A stretch of 27,780 nt of DNA, taken from contig DAEF01000010.1 in the NCBI GenBank assembly GCA_002495225.1, positions 1-27,780 on the forward strand, written 5' to 3'. Positions within the stretch are counted from its first letter, which is position 1, and each line of letters starts with the position of its first letter. Of this stretch, positions 25,199 through 27,780 are shown one piece after another. Both the position numbers and the translations under genes were made by a program. The stretch is from Methanoregulaceae archaeon UBA288. Lineage in GTDB: Archaea; Halobacteriota; Methanomicrobia; Methanomicrobiales; Methanospirillaceae. The notes beneath the pieces are model-generated. The model saw only the letters and a program-made list of their open reading frames with translations. It searched no databases and was not told the origin of the DNA.

Positions 25199-26074
25199 GT
25201 GATAGAGGAACGGGCTGACCTGCTCCGCCGCGTCCGGCGGGTCCGCCTCGCCACGCAAATCCGCGTCCGGGGCACGATCACGGGCCAGCACCGCTCGATC
25301 TTCCGCGGGAGCGGGCTCGAGCTCGCCGACCTCCGGGAGTACCAGCCGGGCGACGATCTCCGGGCGATCGACTGGAAGGTCACGGCCCGGTGCGCCCGCC
25401 CGTACGTCCGCGAGTTCGCCGAGGACCGCGAGCAGACCTTCTACCTGGTCGTCGACCGGTCGGGCTCGACCGGCTTCGGGGCCGGACGGGCGAAGGCGGA
25501 ACGGATCGCCGAGCTGGCCGCGAGCCTGCTCGTCTCGGCCATCGACGCCCGCGAGCGGGTCGGCCTCTGCCTCTTCTCGGACCGGATCGACCGGTTCGTC
25601 CCGGCCCGCGGCGGGAGGGCGCAGCTCGGCCGGATCCTGGCGGCCCTCGCCGACCCGTCCCCGGCCTCGGGCCGGACCGACCTCGCGGGCGTGCTCCACG
25701 CCCTGACCCGGCGCCTGCCCCGGCGGTGCACGGTACTCCTGCTCTCGGACCTCCTCGACGACGCCGGGTACGACGAGCCCCTCCAGCGGCTCGCCCACCG
25801 CCACGAGGTCGTCGCGGTCCGGGTCGCGGACCCCCGCGAGCGGGCCCTCCCTGACGTCGGGCTCGTCCGGGCCGAGGACGCGGAGACGGGCGAGCAGGTC
25901 TGGGTCGACACGAGCGACCCGGCCGTCCGCGCCCGGTTCGCCGAGGTGACGGCCGGAGCCGAGGCGGCGACGGACCGCGCCCTCCGACGCGCCGGCGTCC
26001 GGGCCGTTTCGTGCACGACCGACGAGCCCCTCGAGCGGGCGGCCGCGCGGCTCTTCGCGCGGGGAGGGGGCTGA
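25199..26074 (+). CDS. DUF58 (VWA-like) protein
   Basis: FRGSGLELADLREYQPGDDLRAIDWKVTAR, VREFAEDRE, DRSGS and LLSDL. Confidence 0.93.
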   Translation: MIEERADLLRRVRRVRLATQIRVRGTITGQHRSIFRGSGLELADLREYQPGDDLRAIDWKVTARCARPYVREFAEDREQTFYLVVDRSGSTGFGAGRAKAERIAELAASLLVSAIDARERVGLCLFSDRIDRFVPARGGRAQLGRILAALADPSPASGRTDLAGVLHALTRRLPRRCTVLLLSDLLDDAGYDEPLQRLAHRHEVVAVRVADPRERALPDVGLVRAEDAETGEQVWVDTSDPAVRARFAEVTAGAEAATDRALRRAGVRAVSCTTDEPLERAAARLFARGGG

Positions 26075-27024
26075 TGCCGGGCTTCGCCCACCCCCTCTGG
26101 CTCCTCGGCCTGTTCGCGGTCCCCCTCCTCGCCTGGCTCCGGCACCGCGCCCTTGCGAAGCGCAAGGCCGCCGCGATCGAGTTCTCGCACGTCGCGTTCC
26201 TGAAGGCCGCGACCGAGGGGAAGCGGGACCCCTGGCGGCCCCGCCTGATCGCGCTCTGCAGCCTCCTGGTCCTCTCGCTCGTCCTGGTCGGGCTCGCGGA
26301 CCCCCACCTTCCCCTCGAGACCACCCGCGAGGGGGTCAGCGTGGTCCTGGTCCTGGACAACTCGGGGTCCATGGCCGCCACCGACTACGCCCCGACCCGG
26401 CTCGACGCGGCCAAGCAGTCGGCCGCCGTGCTGATCGGCGCGCTCGACGAGCGGGACTACGTCGGGGTCGTGACCTTCGAGGAGGGCGCGTCCAGCGCCG
26501 CGTACCTCTCGCCGGACCGCGAGCGGGTGATCGCGAAGGTCGCCGCCATCGAAGAGCGGACCGGCCGGACCGCGCTCGGCGACGGCCTGGCCCTCGGGAT
26601 CGACATGGCCGACGCGATCCCGAACCGGAAGAAGGTCGTGGTCCTCCTCTCGGACGGCGTCTCGAACGCGGGCGTGATCGCCCCCACGGACGCGGCCCGG
26701 TTCGCGGTCGAGCACCAGGTCCAGGTCTTCACGGTCGGGCTCGGGTCGGCGAGCCCGGTCCTGATCGGGTACAGCCCGTTCGGCGTGGCCGAGTACGCGA
26801 CCCTCGACGAGGCCACCCTCCAGGCGATCGCCGGGTCGACCGGCGGGCAGTACTTCCGGTCCGTGGACCCGGCGACCCTGCAGGAGATCTACGCGCGCCT
26901 CCCCTCCGCGATCGCCCGCGTCCCCGAGGAGACGAGCGTCCAGGGCCTCCTCTTCGCGCTGGCGATCCCGGTGGTCCTGCTCGAGTTCTGGCTCCGGTAC
27001 GGCAGAGGGAGGGTCCTGCCATGA
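26074..27024 (+). CDS. BatA-like membrane VWA protein
   Basis: N-terminal FAHPLWLLGL TM region, MIDAS motif DNSGS, TALGDG, LLSDG, and a C-terminal TM helix. TGATG overlap sets the start at 26074. Confidence 0.92.
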   Translation: MPGFAHPLWLLGLFAVPLLAWLRHRALAKRKAAAIEFSHVAFLKAATEGKRDPWRPRLIALCSLLVLSLVLVGLADPHLPLETTREGVSVVLVLDNSGSMAATDYAPTRLDAAKQSAAVLIGALDERDYVGVVTFEEGASSAAYLSPDRERVIAKVAAIEERTGRTALGDGLALGIDMADAIPNRKKVVVLLSDGVSNAGVIAPTDAARFAVEHQVQVFTVGLGSASPVLIGYSPFGVAEYATLDEATLQAIAGSTGGQYFRSVDPATLQEIYARLPSAIARVPEETSVQGLLFALAIPVVLLEFWLRYGRGRVLP

Positions 27025-27780
27025 CCTTCCGGGCCCCCGTCCTCCTCCTTCTCCTCATCCTGGCGCTGGTCGGCCCGGCCGCGGCCGGCGTGGTCCTCTC
27101 GAGCGCGGTCCAGGAGGTCGCGGTCCCGGCCCCGGAGGGGGGCGCCCTCGCCGTCGTGGTCGAGAACACCTACCCCGGCGCCGTCACGGGGACCATGGTC
27201 CGGGTCTCCACGGTCGATTCCGGCGACGGGTCCGCACCGGAGATCACGGTCCAGTCGGCCCTGCTGACCCTCCCGGCCGGCCTCCGGCAGACCCGGATCG
27301 CGCTCCCCCCCGCCCCCGCCGGGAGCACGGAGCGGGTGGACCTCCGGTTCGAGTACACGGACGCGGGCCTGGACCGCGCGGCCGTGCTGCCGGGAATCCT
27401 GGTCCGGTTCGAAAACGGGACGCCGCCGGCCCCGGCGAGCCGACCGATCACGAGCACGGACGCCCCCGGGCCGCACGTGGTCGAGACGGGCGGCGCGGTC
27501 CAGGGGCCGATCACGGTCGACGAGGCCCTGCAGCGGGCGCAGGCGACCCCGGCCTTGTCCGGCACGCCCGGCCTCGCGCCCACGGCGGCCATGACGCCGT
27601 CGCCGGCCGTGCTGCGCCAGGTCAACGAGACCCCCCTCCTCCTCGAGGCCAACCGGACGCTGACCGGGGCGGGGTTCGTCCCGGCCTCCTCCTCGGTCGT
27701 ACCGGTCTCGCCGGAGACGGTCCACCTCTCGGCCGGGTACGCCCGGCCCGACGGCCGCACGGCCTCGCTCGAGGCGGTCG
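27021..27780 (+). CDS. Secreted protein, partial (runs off the window)
   Basis: Not in the ORF track because it has no stop in the window. ATGA overlap with the VWA stop. It reads MTFRAPVLLLLLILALVGPAAAGVVLSS... (signal peptide) and stays open to 27780. Confidence 0.8.
   Translation, partial: MTFRAPVLLLLLILALVGPAAAGVVLSSAVQEVAVPAPEGGALAVVVENTYPGAVTGTMVRVSTVDSGDGSAPEITVQSALLTLPAGLRQTRIALPPAPAGSTERVDLRFEYTDAGLDRAAVLPGILVRFENGTPPAPASRPITSTDAPGPHVVETGGAVQGPITVDEALQRAQATPALSGTPGLAPTAAMTPSPAVLRQVNETPLLLEANRTLTGAGFVPASSSVVPVSPETVHLSAGYARPDGRTASLEAV

Overview
A very GC-rich window (about 70% by eye) of housekeeping and accessory genes. It most likely comes from a methanogenic archaeon, Methanomicrobiales-like. 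That placement is inferred from the Mhun_1560/TIGR04083-type radical SAM enzyme, the archaeal-type RNase J, the Methanomicrobiales-style kinase C-terminus and the TATA-type, apparently leaderless promoters. Contents from left to right: a truncated rubredoxin-like ORF; a radical SAM/SPASM enzyme with a hairpin leader; and a complete RsbU/RsbV/RsbW-type partner-switching module whose STAS gene overlaps a metallo-beta-lactamase-fold hydrolase with a degenerate GHKL-like tail. Next come three GNAT domains, one fused behind two USP domains and coupled to a PAS kinase that lacks its phospho-accepting His, plus an aldo/keto reductase. A TIM-barrel-like ORF precedes a UvrD helicase fused to a PD-(D/E)XK nuclease with an Fe-S staple. 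These are followed by a decayed methyltransferase, several small minus-strand genes (wHTH-like, DUF4325, DUF2225, cupin), a catalase divergent from a QueG-like Fe-S protein, an RNase J with a long structured upstream region, and a flavin split-barrel protein. The window ends in a largely translationally coupled operon: secreted protein, MoxR, DUF58, VWA, secreted protein. I found no rRNA, tRNA, CRISPR array, transposase or integrase. The best candidates for undescribed biology are the sigma-less partner switch with an enzyme as probable output and the pseudo-kinase/USP-GNAT module. All family assignments come from motif recognition, not database searches.
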